Assembly (NCBI GenBank): GCA_963789335.1
Contig: CAWBKH010000003.1
Location: 233,757 to 297,756, forward strand
DNA length: 64,000 bases
Reading direction: 5' to 3'
Source: an uncultured Verrucomicrobiae bacterium
Lineage (GTDB): Bacteria; Verrucomicrobiota; Verrucomicrobiia; Limisphaerales; UBA11358
Part shown: positions 19,893-29,950 of the stretch, one piece after another
Layout of the letters: every line of letters begins with the position of its first letter
How positions within the stretch are numbered: position 1 is the first letter of the stretch
The notes under the pieces: generated by a model
What the model saw: only the letters and a program-made list of their open reading frames with translations
What the model was told of the DNA's origin: nothing
The model's database searches: none
Program-made: the position numbers and the translations under genes

Positions 19893-19927
19893 AAAAACCA
19901 GAGCAGCCTTGAGTTGCTCTGGTTTTT
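19893..19927 (+). terminator. Rho-independent terminator (potentially bidirectional)
   Basis: AAAAA, then CCAGAGCA (19898-19905), a 9-nt loop, TGCTCTGG (19915-19922), then TTTTT (19923-19927). Confidence 0.6.
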
Positions 19928-19943
19928 CGTTTAATCCGGCGGG

Positions 19944-22202
19944 GTGCAGTTAAAACCCATTCAACGTACCACGGCTCTTTTGGCGGTGGCTGTCCTTCTG
20001 CTCGTTTGCGCTGTTTGTTTGCTGCGACTCGACTTCTTTGAACGATTGGAACGAATGACCTATGATTTGCGCATGCGGGCGGCCCTGAATTTCCCCGCGC
20101 CCGTTGCGACCAATCTCGCTTTCGTCGCCATTGAAGATTCGAGCCTCAAGGCCGTGTTAAGCGGCCGGCTGGGATACCGTTTCGGGCTTTTATGGCCGCG
20201 CCAAGTCTATGGCCGGCTCGTCGAAGAACTCTCGGCGGAAGGTGCCAAGGCCGTCGCGTTTGATGTGCAATTTGGCGAACTGCGGCCGGACCAGCCGCCC
20301 GTGCAAATGGCCGACGGCAGTTTGATGGATTCCGACGCCTATTTCGCGCTGCAATCCCGACTCGCCGGCAATGTCATCCTTGCCGCCACACCCGACGTGA
20401 TACCCCCCGAATTGTTCGCCACCAACGCATTCGCGCTTGGCGACATCACGACCGAGAAGGATTCCGATGGTGTGCTCCGCCGCGTCAAAGCCTTCCGCGA
20501 CTACCGACTCTGGAATCCACTATTCCAAAAGGCCGCGAATGAATTTAATTTGGACCTGGCGAATGCAACCTTCGCATCCGGCAAAATCATTTTGCCGCAA
20601 ATCGGAACGACAAACGTTGTCGTAGTCCCCGTGGACGCGGAAAGCAATTTTGATCTGACGGATTTCGTAGGCGACAAGCTTCCGGCCGGCATGCCGCCGA
20701 AGGCCAAAGCTTTCACCGACGAACGCGTCTGGCACATGGGCATTGTTTTGGCCGCTCAGGAACTAAAACTGGATCTGGCCCATGCGGACGTGGATTTGGC
20801 GGGCGGTCGCATTACCCTGCACGGCCCCAACGGGTTGGTGCGCGTGATTCCCGTGGACGCCCAGGGTTATTTTTATGTTGATTGGCGACTGACACCGAAC
20901 AATCCGCATATCACACGAGCTCCCATCGAAAGCCTGCTCTGGCAGGACAAGCAGCGCCTGCTCGGCCAGACCAACGGACTCAGTGACGCCTTCCGGGGCA
21001 AGTTGGTCGTGGTCGGTTCCGCGGTGCAGGGCAATAACCTCACTGACCGCGGCGCGACGCCGTTGGAAAAAGACACCTTGCTGGTGGGCAAACACTGGAA
21101 CGTTGCCAACTCCATCATCACCGGCCGGTTCATCCGCCGCGCTTCGCTGGGAACGGAACTGGCGCTCATCGTCGTCCTGGGCGCGCTAACGGCGTTTCTC
21201 ACCTGGCAATTTCGTGCGGTCACGGCCTCGCTGGCGGTTTTGTTGTTGCTGGTCGCCTATTTTGTCGTCGGATTTTTTGTTTTTGTAAAATTTCTGTACT
21301 GGCTGCCATTGGTGCTTCCGGTTGTGGGCGCGGTGCTGGTCGAACATCTCAGTCTGGTCACCTATCGTGTCGCCTTTGAGGAACGCGAACAACGCCGCAT
21401 CAAATCGGTTTTCTCCAAAATCGTTTCGCCGGATGTGGTGAACGAACTGCTGGGTGCAAAAAAACTTTCGTTGGGCGGTGCGCGCTGCGAGGTGACGGTG
21501 TTTTTCGCAGACATTCGCGGATTCACCTCAATGACGGATGAAACCCAGGAACGCGTGGCGGAATTCGCGCGTGAACATCTACTTGATGCTGCCGCGACGG
21601 AGGCATGTTTCGACGAATCGGCGCGCGAAACGCTCAATACCGTGAACCTTTATCTTGCCGTCGTCGCCGATGCGGTGAAAAAACACGGTGGCACTTTGGA
21701 TAAATACATCGGTGACTGTGTCATGGCGTTCTGGGGCGCGCCGACTCCAAACGAAAAACACGCGCTGGGTTGTGTGCGCACGGCGATTGACACGCAGCGC
21801 GCCGTTCACGAATTGAATCAAAAACGTCTGGCGCAAAATCCCGCGCGCGAAGCCGAAAACCCGGCGCGGCTTTCCGCCGGTTTGCCGCCCCTGCCGCCGT
21901 TGACCGCGCTGCAACTGGGCACCGGCATCAACACCGGACTCGTGGCCGTTGGTTTGATGGGTTCGGACGCGCATATTTTGAACTACACGGTGTTTGGCCG
22001 TGAGGTGAATGTGGCCAGCCGCCTGGAAAGCGTCTCCGGCAGCGGCCGCATCATCATCAGCGACACCACGTATAACCATCTGCTCCGCGACGATCCGGCG
22101 CTGGCGGCCACTTGCATCGAGATGTTCCCGGTTACGGTCAAGGGCATTCGCGCCGCCGTGCGGGTTTACGAAGTGCCGTGGCAGTTGCCGGACGCGAAGT
22201 GA
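19944..22202 (+). CDS. CHASE2-domain adenylate/guanylate cyclase
   Basis: N-terminal TM segment, an extracytoplasmic region of about 330 aa, three TM segments, then a class III cyclase domain (VTVFFADIRGFTS, GDCVMAFWGAP, YTVFGREVNVASRLES). Confidence 0.85.
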   Translation: MQLKPIQRTTALLAVAVLLLVCAVCLLRLDFFERLERMTYDLRMRAALNFPAPVATNLAFVAIEDSSLKAVLSGRLGYRFGLLWPRQVYGRLVEELSAEGAKAVAFDVQFGELRPDQPPVQMADGSLMDSDAYFALQSRLAGNVILAATPDVIPPELFATNAFALGDITTEKDSDGVLRRVKAFRDYRLWNPLFQKAANEFNLDLANATFASGKIILPQIGTTNVVVVPVDAESNFDLTDFVGDKLPAGMPPKAKAFTDERVWHMGIVLAAQELKLDLAHADVDLAGGRITLHGPNGLVRVIPVDAQGYFYVDWRLTPNNPHITRAPIESLLWQDKQRLLGQTNGLSDAFRGKLVVVGSAVQGNNLTDRGATPLEKDTLLVGKHWNVANSIITGRFIRRASLGTELALIVVLGALTAFLTWQFRAVTASLAVLLLLVAYFVVGFFVFVKFLYWLPLVLPVVGAVLVEHLSLVTYRVAFEEREQRRIKSVFSKIVSPDVVNELLGAKKLSLGGARCEVTVFFADIRGFTSMTDETQERVAEFAREHLLDAAATEACFDESARETLNTVNLYLAVVADAVKKHGGTLDKYIGDCVMAFWGAPTPNEKHALGCVRTAIDTQRAVHELNQKRLAQNPAREAENPARLSAGLPPLPPLTALQLGTGINTGLVAVGLMGSDAHILNYTVFGREVNVASRLESVSGSGRIIISDTTYNHLLRDDPALAATCIEMFPVTVKGIRAAVRVYEVPWQLPDAK

Positions 22203-22247
22203 CTTTTCTTTCTCGTCAATTTTGCCGTGCGTGCTAAAGTGACTGTG

Positions 22248-22739
22248 ATGCGCACGGTGATTTATCCCGGCAGCTTTGATCCGCTAACCAACGGACATTT
22301 GGACGTGATTCAGCGCGCGGCCAAATTGTCCGACCGCGTCGTCGTGGCCGTGGCGAAGAACGAGGACAAACATCCGCTGTTCACGCTGGATGAACGACTC
22401 GCCTTGGTGAGACAAGCGGTACAAAACGTGCCGGGCGTTGAAGCCGACGCATTTGGCGGCCTGCTCATCAAGTATGCGGTGAGCCGAAAAGCGGAGGCAA
22501 TTGTGCGCGGGCTGCGCGCGGTGTCGGATTTTGAATTTGAGTTTCAACTGGCGCTGATGAATCGCAAGCTGAACGAAAACGTCGAAACGATTTTCATGAT
22601 GCCGAAGGACACTTACACGTTTTTGAGTTCGCGCATTGTGAAGGAAATCGCGCGGCTGGGCGGCGACGTGAGCGCATTCGTGCCGGAGCATGTGCGAATC
22701 GCCCTTGCAAAAAAATTTCCCAAGGCGAAAAAATCTTGA
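22248..22739 (+). CDS. coaD: Phosphopantetheine adenylyltransferase
   Basis: IYPGSFDPLTNGHLD (T/HxGH nucleotidyltransferase motif). I chose the ATG at 22248. Confidence 0.92.
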   Translation: MRTVIYPGSFDPLTNGHLDVIQRAAKLSDRVVVAVAKNEDKHPLFTLDERLALVRQAVQNVPGVEADAFGGLLIKYAVSRKAEAIVRGLRAVSDFEFEFQLALMNRKLNENVETIFMMPKDTYTFLSSRIVKEIARLGGDVSAFVPEHVRIALAKKFPKAKKS

Positions 22740-22751
22740 ACGGAGCACGTC

Positions 22752-23225
22752 ATGCCGCTGATTGTCAATTTGCGCCACTTGGAGGAGCACAACGTGTCCT
22801 TGTGCGGGGAACTGCCCGTGGAGGAACTGGACATGGAGACGGGCGACGAAATGGTCCGTGCCACCCGGCCGGTGCAATATGACATTGAGATTCAGAAAAT
22901 GGAGGGCGGTTTGTTGGTTCGCGGCTCGCTGCGGCTCGCACTGGAATGCTGTTGCGTGCGGTGCTTGAAACCTTTCACTCAGGAGCTGGAATTGAAGGCG
23001 TGGACATGCCATTTGCCGTTCGAAGGCGAAGACCGGGTGATCGTGAACAATGATTGTGTGGACTTGACGCCCTTGGCGCGCGAAGATATGCTCTTGGAAT
23101 TTCCGCGGCATCCGTTGTGCAAGCCGGATTGCGGCGGACTGAAAACCAAGACTGTCAAGGCCCGTGAAAACGCTGGTGAAATTGCTCCGTCCGCGTGGGC
23201 TGAATTGGATAAATTGAAACTGTAA
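22752..23225 (+). CDS. yceD: YceD/DUF177 family protein
   Basis: 157 aa, located directly upstream of rpmF as is usual. C-terminal Cys cluster (CCVRC...CKPDC). Confidence 0.8.
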   Translation: MPLIVNLRHLEEHNVSLCGELPVEELDMETGDEMVRATRPVQYDIEIQKMEGGLLVRGSLRLALECCCVRCLKPFTQELELKAWTCHLPFEGEDRVIVNNDCVDLTPLAREDMLLEFPRHPLCKPDCGGLKTKTVKARENAGEIAPSAWAELDKLKL

Positions 23226-23233
23226 ATTTTATT

Positions 23234-23422
23234 ATGGGTGTCCCAAAACGCAAACCATCCCACAGCCGGCAGCGCATGCGCCGCGCTTACAACAGCGTCT
23301 TAACGCTGCCGCAACTGAGCACCTGCCCGCAATGCGCCGCGCCGTATGTGCCGCACCGGGTTTGCCCGGCGTGCGGTTATTATAAAGGCCGTCAGGTGTT
23401 AAGCGTTACGGCCGGCACTTGA
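23234..23422 (+). CDS. rpmF: 50S ribosomal protein L32
   Basis: MGVPKRKPSHSRQRMRRA N-terminus with CPQC...CPAC zinc-ribbon pairs. Confidence 0.95.
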   Translation: MGVPKRKPSHSRQRMRRAYNSVLTLPQLSTCPQCAAPYVPHRVCPACGYYKGRQVLSVTAGT

Positions 23423-23463
23423 TTGACCGTTCGTTTGCGGAAAATTTCCGCGTTCTTTCATCT

Positions 23464-24504
23464 ATGCGAATAGCGGTGGATGTCATGGGCGGCGACCACG
23501 GATGCGGAGTCGTCATCGAAGGCGTCAGGCGGGCACTGGAGGGCAACAAGAAAATCACCGCCCTTTATCTGGTTGGCAATCAAGCCAAGATTCATGCGGC
23601 ATTGCCCACCCGGGGTTTTCGCGACCATCGCGTACGCGTCGTTCATGCCAGCGAAGTCGTGGAAATGGAGGACAAACCGGCCAGTGCCCTTCGTAAAAAA
23701 CGCGACAGTTCCATTGCGCGTGCCTCTGAACTGATCCACGAGGGCAAAGCCGATGCCCTGGTTTCGCTCGGCAATACCGGCGGCATCTTCGCCGCGGCCA
23801 CGTTCAAAGTCGGCCGCATCCCCGGGGTGGAACGCGGCTGTATCGCCACGGTCATTCCCCGTCAGGGAAATGAATTTGTTCTTCTCGACTCTGGCGCAAA
23901 CATCGAATGCAAACCCATTCACCTCGCGCAATTCGCGGTGATGGGCAGCATTTATTCGCGCGAGGTTTTGCGGCGCAGAAATCCCCGCGTGGGCATTTTG
24001 AGCATCGGCCGGGAAGATTCCAAGGGCAATGAATTGACGCTCGAAGCCTTCAAACTCTGCCGGCGGCTGGATTTGAATTTCATTGGCAATGTTGAAGGTC
24101 ACGATTTGTTCAAAGACCACGTGGACGTGGTGGTTTGCGACGGTTTTGTCGGCAACGTCGTTTTGAAAACGTGTGAAAGCCTGGCAGTCGCCATGTTTTC
24201 GATGCTCAAACGTGAATTGACGCAGAATACCAAACGCAAGCTCGGCGCGCTCCTGGCACAAAGCGCCTTTCAGGCGATTCGCCGGCGCATGGACCCGGAA
24301 GTTTACGGGGGCGCGCCGCTGCTCGGATTCAATGGCATGGTGTTCAAGGCACACGCTTCGGCGCGCGAACGCGCCGTTGCCAGCGCATTGCAGGTGACTA
24401 CTGAGGCATTGCAGCATCACGTCAATGAAATCATCGCCCGCGAAATCGCGCGCGCAAATGAAAAATTGGAAGTCGGAGAAATTTCCGCTCCCGTTTCCGC
24501 ATGA
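23464..24504 (+). CDS. plsX: Phosphate acyltransferase PlsX
   Basis: MRIAVDVMGGDHG N-terminus in the conserved rpmF-plsX-fabH context. Confidence 0.92.
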   Translation: MRIAVDVMGGDHGCGVVIEGVRRALEGNKKITALYLVGNQAKIHAALPTRGFRDHRVRVVHASEVVEMEDKPASALRKKRDSSIARASELIHEGKADALVSLGNTGGIFAAATFKVGRIPGVERGCIATVIPRQGNEFVLLDSGANIECKPIHLAQFAVMGSIYSREVLRRRNPRVGILSIGREDSKGNELTLEAFKLCRRLDLNFIGNVEGHDLFKDHVDVVVCDGFVGNVVLKTCESLAVAMFSMLKRELTQNTKRKLGALLAQSAFQAIRRRMDPEVYGGAPLLGFNGMVFKAHASARERAVASALQVTTEALQHHVNEIIAREIARANEKLEVGEISAPVSA

Positions 24505-25526
24505 GCCCAAAATTCAAAAACCCGCGCGCCCGGTTTAATTTCCAGGGACGCACCTGTTCGATCAGCGGCGTTGGCTCGTATGTGCCGGCCAAAATTCTGA
24601 CCAACGCGGATTTGGAGAAAATGGTGGACACCTCGGATGAATGGATCACCACGCGCACCGGCATCAAGGAACGGCGGGTGGCGGCGAAGAATGAGTTCAC
24701 GTCGGACATGGCGGTGAAAGCGGCGCAACGCGCGATGAAAATGGCCAGCGTCACCGCCGAACAACTTGACCTCATTGCTGTGGCGACCATCACCCCGGAC
24801 ATGCCGTTTCCCGCCACGGCGTGCCTGGTGCAACAGAAACTCGGCGCGCGGCGCGCGGCGGCCTTTGACTTGGAGGCGGCTTGCTCGGGTTTCATTTACG
24901 GCTTGGAAATCGGGCAGCAATTCATCATGTCACGGACCTACGACACGGTGCTCGTCATCGGGGCGGAAAAACTTTCTTCGATTGTGGATTGGAAGGACCG
25001 CAACACCTGTGTTCTTTTCGGCGACGGCGCGGGCGCGGCGGTCCTGCAAAACCGTCCCAATGCCCACGGTTTGTTGACCGCAGTGATGGGCGCCGACGGA
25101 GAAAAATCAAATTTGCTCTACATGCCCGGCGGTGGCAGCCGTTGTCCCGCCTCCATGGAAACCGTGCTGGCGAAACGCCATTACCTGCAAATGGAGGGGC
25201 GCGAGACCTTCAAAAATGCCGTGCAGGCCATGTGCACGGCGGCGCAGGAGGCATTGCGCCGTTGTGAGCTCGACATCTCCAAGATCAAATGCGTCATTCC
25301 GCATCAGGCCAACCGCCGCATCATTGACGTGGTGGGCGAACGCCTCGGCGCAACCCCGGAGCAAATGTTTATCAATTTGGACCGCTACGGCAATACCTCC
25401 GCGGCCTCGGTGGCCATTGCCCTGGACGAAGCCGTGGCCTCGGGAAAAGTCCATCGGGGCGATTTGGTCCTGCTGGTGGTTTTTGGGGCCGGCCTGACGT
25501 GGGGCGCGGCCGTCATTGAGTGGTAG
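24501..25526 (+). CDS. fabH: 3-oxoacyl-ACP synthase III
   Basis: Active-site Cys in EAACSGF, then HQANRRI and GNTSAAS blocks. The start overlaps the plsX stop (ATGA). Confidence 0.93.
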   Translation: MSPKFKNPRARFNFQGRTCSISGVGSYVPAKILTNADLEKMVDTSDEWITTRTGIKERRVAAKNEFTSDMAVKAAQRAMKMASVTAEQLDLIAVATITPDMPFPATACLVQQKLGARRAAAFDLEAACSGFIYGLEIGQQFIMSRTYDTVLVIGAEKLSSIVDWKDRNTCVLFGDGAGAAVLQNRPNAHGLLTAVMGADGEKSNLLYMPGGGSRCPASMETVLAKRHYLQMEGRETFKNAVQAMCTAAQEALRRCELDISKIKCVIPHQANRRIIDVVGERLGATPEQMFINLDRYGNTSAASVAIALDEAVASGKVHRGDLVLLVVFGAGLTWGAAVIEW

Positions 25527-25595
25527 TGGCTAATTCACGGGATTGAGGGTGCTAATTTGACGTTTAAATTTCGCATGTTAATTTAAAGTGACTTT

Positions 25596-25931
25596 ATGAG
25601 TGCAAGAAAATTCGGAAACGATGGTTCATTCCGGCAACAGTTCACAGTCGAGGCGCGGCAAACCCGTCTGGAACTTTCCACCGATTCGGTTGTGATCCAC
25701 AAAAGCGGCGTTGAATTTCGCAGCCCGGTGCCGTTCAATTTGTGGACGGAAATGACGGTCGCCCTGCAATCACCGCGTGATGAAAGCCCCATTCAGTGCA
25801 GCGGGGTGGTCATCGCCTGTTCCGGCAACAAGCATGTCGGCTACCACGTTTCGCTTCTCTTCACCGGCATGTCCAAACAGGCGCAGTCGCGGCTGACGAC
25901 CATGGCCTATTCCGAATTGGGCGTGGGGTAA
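25596..25931 (+). CDS. Hypothetical small protein
   Basis: 111-aa ORF with coding-like composition. Only weak PilZ-like resemblance, so no family is called. Confidence 0.45.
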   Translation: MSARKFGNDGSFRQQFTVEARQTRLELSTDSVVIHKSGVEFRSPVPFNLWTEMTVALQSPRDESPIQCSGVVIACSGNKHVGYHVSLLFTGMSKQAQSRLTTMAYSELGVG

Positions 25932-26014
25932 GTGCCCAATTTTCAAAATCAACGGCACTTTTTCATTAGCCTCCGTGATTGATACGGAGGCTGATTTGTT
26001 TTACCCTGATTCAC

Positions 26015-26992
26015 ATGAAAATTTTACTGACTACGACTTCGTTCCAGGACACACCCGGCGCGCACCATGATTTGCTCGCCCAAACCGGCTGGGAAATCGT
26101 TCGCGCCCGCGGCCCCTTGAATGAGGCCGACACGCTCGCGCTCGTCGGCGACGCGGAAGGCTACATTTGCGGCGACGACGCCATCACGCGCAAAGTGTTG
26201 GAAAAGGCTCGCCCCAAACTCAAGGTCATCAGCAAATACGGCATCGGCGTGGACAAGATTGATGTGAAGTCCGCGACAGAATTCGGCATTCCCGTCCTCT
26301 TTACGCCCGGCGTCAACCACACGACCGTGGCCGAACACACGTTTCTGCTGTTGCTGGCGCTGGAGAAGAATTTCCTCTACGGCGTGGACGCCAGCCGCAA
26401 AGGCGAGTGGAAACGCAAGACCGGCCACGAACTGCTGGACAAAACTATCGGCATCGTCGGCCTGGGCCGCATTGGCAAGGAAGTTGCCATCCGCGCCCGC
26501 GCCTTCGGCATGACCCCGATTGGCTTCGACATTTATTGGGACGAGAAATTCGCGAAGGAGCACGGCGTGAAACGCGCTGCGTCACTCGATGAGATTTTTG
26601 CCGTGAGCGATTACATTTCGCTGCACACGAACCTCACGCCGGAAACGCGGGGCATGATTAACGCCAAGTCGTTTGTCAAAATGAAGAAGGGCGTTTTGAT
26701 TTTGAACTGCGCGCGCGGCGAGATTGTGAACACGGCGGACATGGTGGCCGCGCTCCAATCCGGGCAGGTGGGTGGCTACGGCACGGACGTGCTGGACAAG
26801 GAACCACCGCCGGCCGACCATCCGCTGCTCAAGCTGCCGAACGTCGTCTGCACGCCGCACATTGCGTCGCGCACTTATGAAAGCGTGGTGCGCCAGGCGA
26901 CGACTTCTGTGAGAAACCTCATCCTCGCGATGAACGGCGAAAAGCCCATCGCGCAGGTGAATCCCGAAGTGCCGGTGAAGAAAGTAGTTTGA
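26015..26992 (+). CDS. D-isomer-specific 2-hydroxyacid dehydrogenase (SerA/GhrB-like)
   Basis: NAD fold GIVGLGRIGKEVA, with the catalytic Arg/Glu/His context (NCARGEIV, TPHIAS). Confidence 0.88.
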   Translation: MKILLTTTSFQDTPGAHHDLLAQTGWEIVRARGPLNEADTLALVGDAEGYICGDDAITRKVLEKARPKLKVISKYGIGVDKIDVKSATEFGIPVLFTPGVNHTTVAEHTFLLLLALEKNFLYGVDASRKGEWKRKTGHELLDKTIGIVGLGRIGKEVAIRARAFGMTPIGFDIYWDEKFAKEHGVKRAASLDEIFAVSDYISLHTNLTPETRGMINAKSFVKMKKGVLILNCARGEIVNTADMVAALQSGQVGGYGTDVLDKEPPPADHPLLKLPNVVCTPHIASRTYESVVRQATTSVRNLILAMNGEKPIAQVNPEVPVKKVV

Positions 26993-27457
26993 CGTTATTA
27001 ACTCCATGCAGCAATCCGACATTCAAAAATATTGCAACCTGATGGAAGAGGTAAAACGCCGAACGCTTGTTATAAATGCGTTTGGCAATCGTTTGACCAC
27101 AACACCATACGGAGCAACAAACATTGAATGTGTTTATCTGCAACTACGAAAAATTCTGGAACTAATTGCTTTGGGATCGCTCGTGGCAAACAAAGTAGAA
27201 TTTTCAAAAGTATATTCAGAATTTTCAAAATACTGGAACGCAAAGCATTTGTTGCGAGATCTTGAAAAGGTCAATCCCCAATTCTATCCTCAACCAATAA
27301 TTGAAAGGCCGGGAACAAAACCGGAAGTAACGGCAGACTGTGATCCCAAAACTAGCGGCTTTCTAACAAAGGAAGATTTTCTGAAGCTTTACGAAAAATG
27401 TGGGAAAATAATGCACGCTGGTAATCCTTACGGAACTCAAATTGATTATTCATATTA

Positions 27458-28615
27458 TGAGACCTCTGCAAAAGGTCGTTTGAGTTGCTGATTTGATGTC
27501 AAAGTCATTATTCAACGAAAAATGGGTTTGGCGGCACGCCACGGTCGGCGATGTGAGCCACCGTTTTGAACTTTTTTGTCCGCCGCGCGGGCGTTCTGAA
27601 TGTTTTGCTTCATGTTCCGGTCAAACTCACCAGCCGTTTCAAGTTCCAACAGATGCTCTTGAACTCCAACTCCAGCCGATTGGGATCGCGCCCCACATAC
27701 CGCACTCGCCCGTAGCCCGTGCTGCGCTTCCACCAGCCAAAGATTTTCTCAATCCCACACCGCACCCGGCTCATCACCGCATTGAACAGCACCGTCGTCC
27801 GGTCCAAGGGCTGTCCCCGAAACGCTTTGCGCAAAATGCCGTTGCCGATTTTCCGGCGCTCACACCAACGAGCGCGTTGAGCGCTCCAATAGGCTTTGTC
27901 GGCCATGACCATTTCCTCATCCCCTTTGACCACGGTTTCAAATTCCTGACTGTCATGAACGCTGGCGTCCGTCAAGGTGACGCAACGAATCACCGTCTGA
28001 TCCCGGTCAACGGCCACGTGCGCTTTGTAGCCGTAGTGGGGTTGACCGCCCTTGACGGTAAAGCCCGCGTCGTCATCGCCGCCTCCTTTATCTGCCCGGC
28101 TCGGGGCGCGACGCGCCGCCTGCAACAGCGTGGCGTCCACCAGGGTGCAGGTTTTCAGGATGAACCCTTTTTGTTCCAGTTGATGGTTGACCAGCGCCAG
28201 CAGTTTTTCCTGCAGACCGTAACGGATGAGCCGCTGGCGAAAGCGCACCAGCGTGGTTTCATCGGGCACGCTGTCCTGCAAACCCAGCCCCACAAACCGC
28301 CGCCAACTCATCCGGTCGGCGACCAACTCCTCGCATTGCGGATCCGACAGCCCGTAGCAATGCTGGAGCAGGCTCATTTTGAAGAGCACCAGCGGCGGGT
28401 GCGGCGGATGGCCGGTGGTGGCCGGATACATCCGGTGCAGCACCGCTTCAATCGGTTTGAAATCCAGCGCGTGATCCAGCCCTTCCAAGAAATCGTTGGT
28501 CGGCACCGCAGGCATGAGGCTGTCCAAAAGTCCCAATTGAGGATTGCTCATCGTTTCCATGTCTCTCTGACTTCGATTCAACCGCCCTGTTCAAATGAGT
28601 TTTGCAGAGGTCTCA
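27458..28615 (-). mobile_element. IS5-family insertion sequence (1158 bp)
   Basis: Perfect 16-bp terminal inverted repeats TGAGACCTCTGCAAAA (27458-27473) and TTTTGCAGAGGTCTCA (28600-28615). Flanking TTA direct duplication at 27455-27457 and 28616-28618. A single DDE transposase ORF lies inside. Confidence 0.9.
27610..28581 (-). CDS. IS5-family DDE transposase
   Basis: 323 aa with the N-terminal block LFKMSLLQHCYGLSD..CEE typical of IS5/DUF772 transposases, plus a DDE region (VDATLL, MADKAY, ...IEKIFGWWK). Confidence 0.92.
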   Translation of the reverse strand: MNRSQRDMETMSNPQLGLLDSLMPAVPTNDFLEGLDHALDFKPIEAVLHRMYPATTGHPPHPPLVLFKMSLLQHCYGLSDPQCEELVADRMSWRRFVGLGLQDSVPDETTLVRFRQRLIRYGLQEKLLALVNHQLEQKGFILKTCTLVDATLLQAARRAPSRADKGGGDDDAGFTVKGGQPHYGYKAHVAVDRDQTVIRCVTLTDASVHDSQEFETVVKGDEEMVMADKAYWSAQRARWCERRKIGNGILRKAFRGQPLDRTTVLFNAVMSRVRCGIEKIFGWWKRSTGYGRVRYVGRDPNRLELEFKSICWNLKRLVSLTGT

Positions 28616-28810
28616 TTATGAGAAATCAATTCAGGATTGGTTAAATAGGATTACCGGTCTCTTAAGCTCACACTATATCAAACTTGTCAATGACCCGAAC
28701 CTTTATTTGGTTCATATGCGAGAAGATGAAAAGGGCCGGAATGTAGGTCATTATATTTTCGCTCCAATTAATCGCCCAGACTTGATGTCGAAATAAACAG
28801 TTTATTTTCT

Positions 28811-29909
28811 ATGCCCGAAACCTATTACATCGTTTCCAAGGAAAAACACGACGCGCTTGTGAAGAAGGCATATTTGTCGCGCGGATACACCGCCGACGAG
28901 GCCGCCGCCGGCGCGCGGTTTTGTTCCAGCGCGTCGTATTACGGCATCCGCACGCACAACGCCATCAAGGCGCTGCATCTGGATGAATTGTTCGGCAGCA
29001 AGGTCGGCCGCTGGAAGCCCGGCGCGAAAATCGAGAAGCTGCCGTCGCGCTTCGCCGCCGCCGAAATCTGGAACGCGCATTTCAAGCTCGGCCAGGCCGT
29101 GGCCTACGAGGCGATGGACACCTGCATGAAACTCGCCGACAAATTCGGCGTGGGCATGGTGAGCGTGGACAACGCGACGCATTATCTCTGGGGCGGCGGC
29201 TACGTCATGGACGCCGCGCTCAAGGGCTACCTCGCCTACACCAATTGCACCTCGGCCACGTCCGAAGTCGTGCCGTTCGGCGGCAAGACGCCGACGATGG
29301 GCACCAACCCGCATTCGTGGGCGATTCCCGACGCAGGACGCGATCGGTTTTCCCATCGTGATTGACTGGGCGACCTCGACCGTCGCCATGGGCCGCGTGC
29401 AGGTGATGAAACGCGAAGGCAAACAGCTTCCGCCCGGCTGCGCGGTGGACGCCGACGGCAAGGAAACGACCGATCCGAACAAGGCCGTCGCGTTGCTGCC
29501 GTTTGGCGCGCACAAGGGCTACGGGCTTGGTTTGATTGACGAACTTTACGCGGGCTTCATCGGCGGCGGTTTGCCGCAAATCCGCGGCACGGCGCTCGGC
29601 GACCCGAAGGAAAAGCGTGCCTCGACATTTTTCTTCCAGGTCATCCATCCCGACGCGCTCAACGGCAACGATTACGCCAAGGGCCGCACGCAGGCGCAAA
29701 ACGTCAAGGCGGTCATCGCCGACATTCTCGGCCACGGCAACGAGAAGTGCCTGCTGCCCGGCCAGCCGGAGGCGCGGAACGGCGAGCTTTCCAAGAAGCA
29801 TGGCGGCTTGCTGTTCACCAAGGCGGAAATCGAGGAACTGAATCATCTCGCCAAGGAAGTTGGCGAGACGCCGTGGAATCTCGCTGATTTCAAGACGGCG
29901 ACGGTGTAA
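28811..29909 (+). pseudogene. Ldh_2 (malate/L-lactate/sulfolactate dehydrogenase-like) oxidoreductase with one frameshift
   Basis: ORFs 28811..29365 and 29358..29909 are the two halves of one protein. ...MGTNPHSWAIP (first frame) continues as TQDAIGFPIVIDWATSTVAMGRV in the next frame. There is one extra base near 29328-29331 (the run in attcccgacg). Confidence 0.75.
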
Positions 29910-29950
29910 TTTCATGAAATTCAACTGACAAAATTCAACGACAGAACATT

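Larger units (their letters stand above)
27006..28796 (+). pseudogene. AT-rich orphan gene split by an IS5-family insertion
   Basis: The 5' part (27006-27457) and 3' part (28619-28796) join in frame once the IS and one TTA copy are removed (...IDYSYY|EKSIQDWLNRI...). This gives 630 nt, or 209 codons plus stop. Composition is AT-rich, for example 22 G+C in 27121-27180. Confidence 0.8.

Noticed and set aside
25596-25931. Calling the 111-aa protein a PilZ (c-di-GMP binding) domain.
   Set aside because: Only a vague RxxxR-like stretch (RQTRL) is present, with no clear D/NxSxxG motif. This is insufficient, so it is kept as hypothetical.
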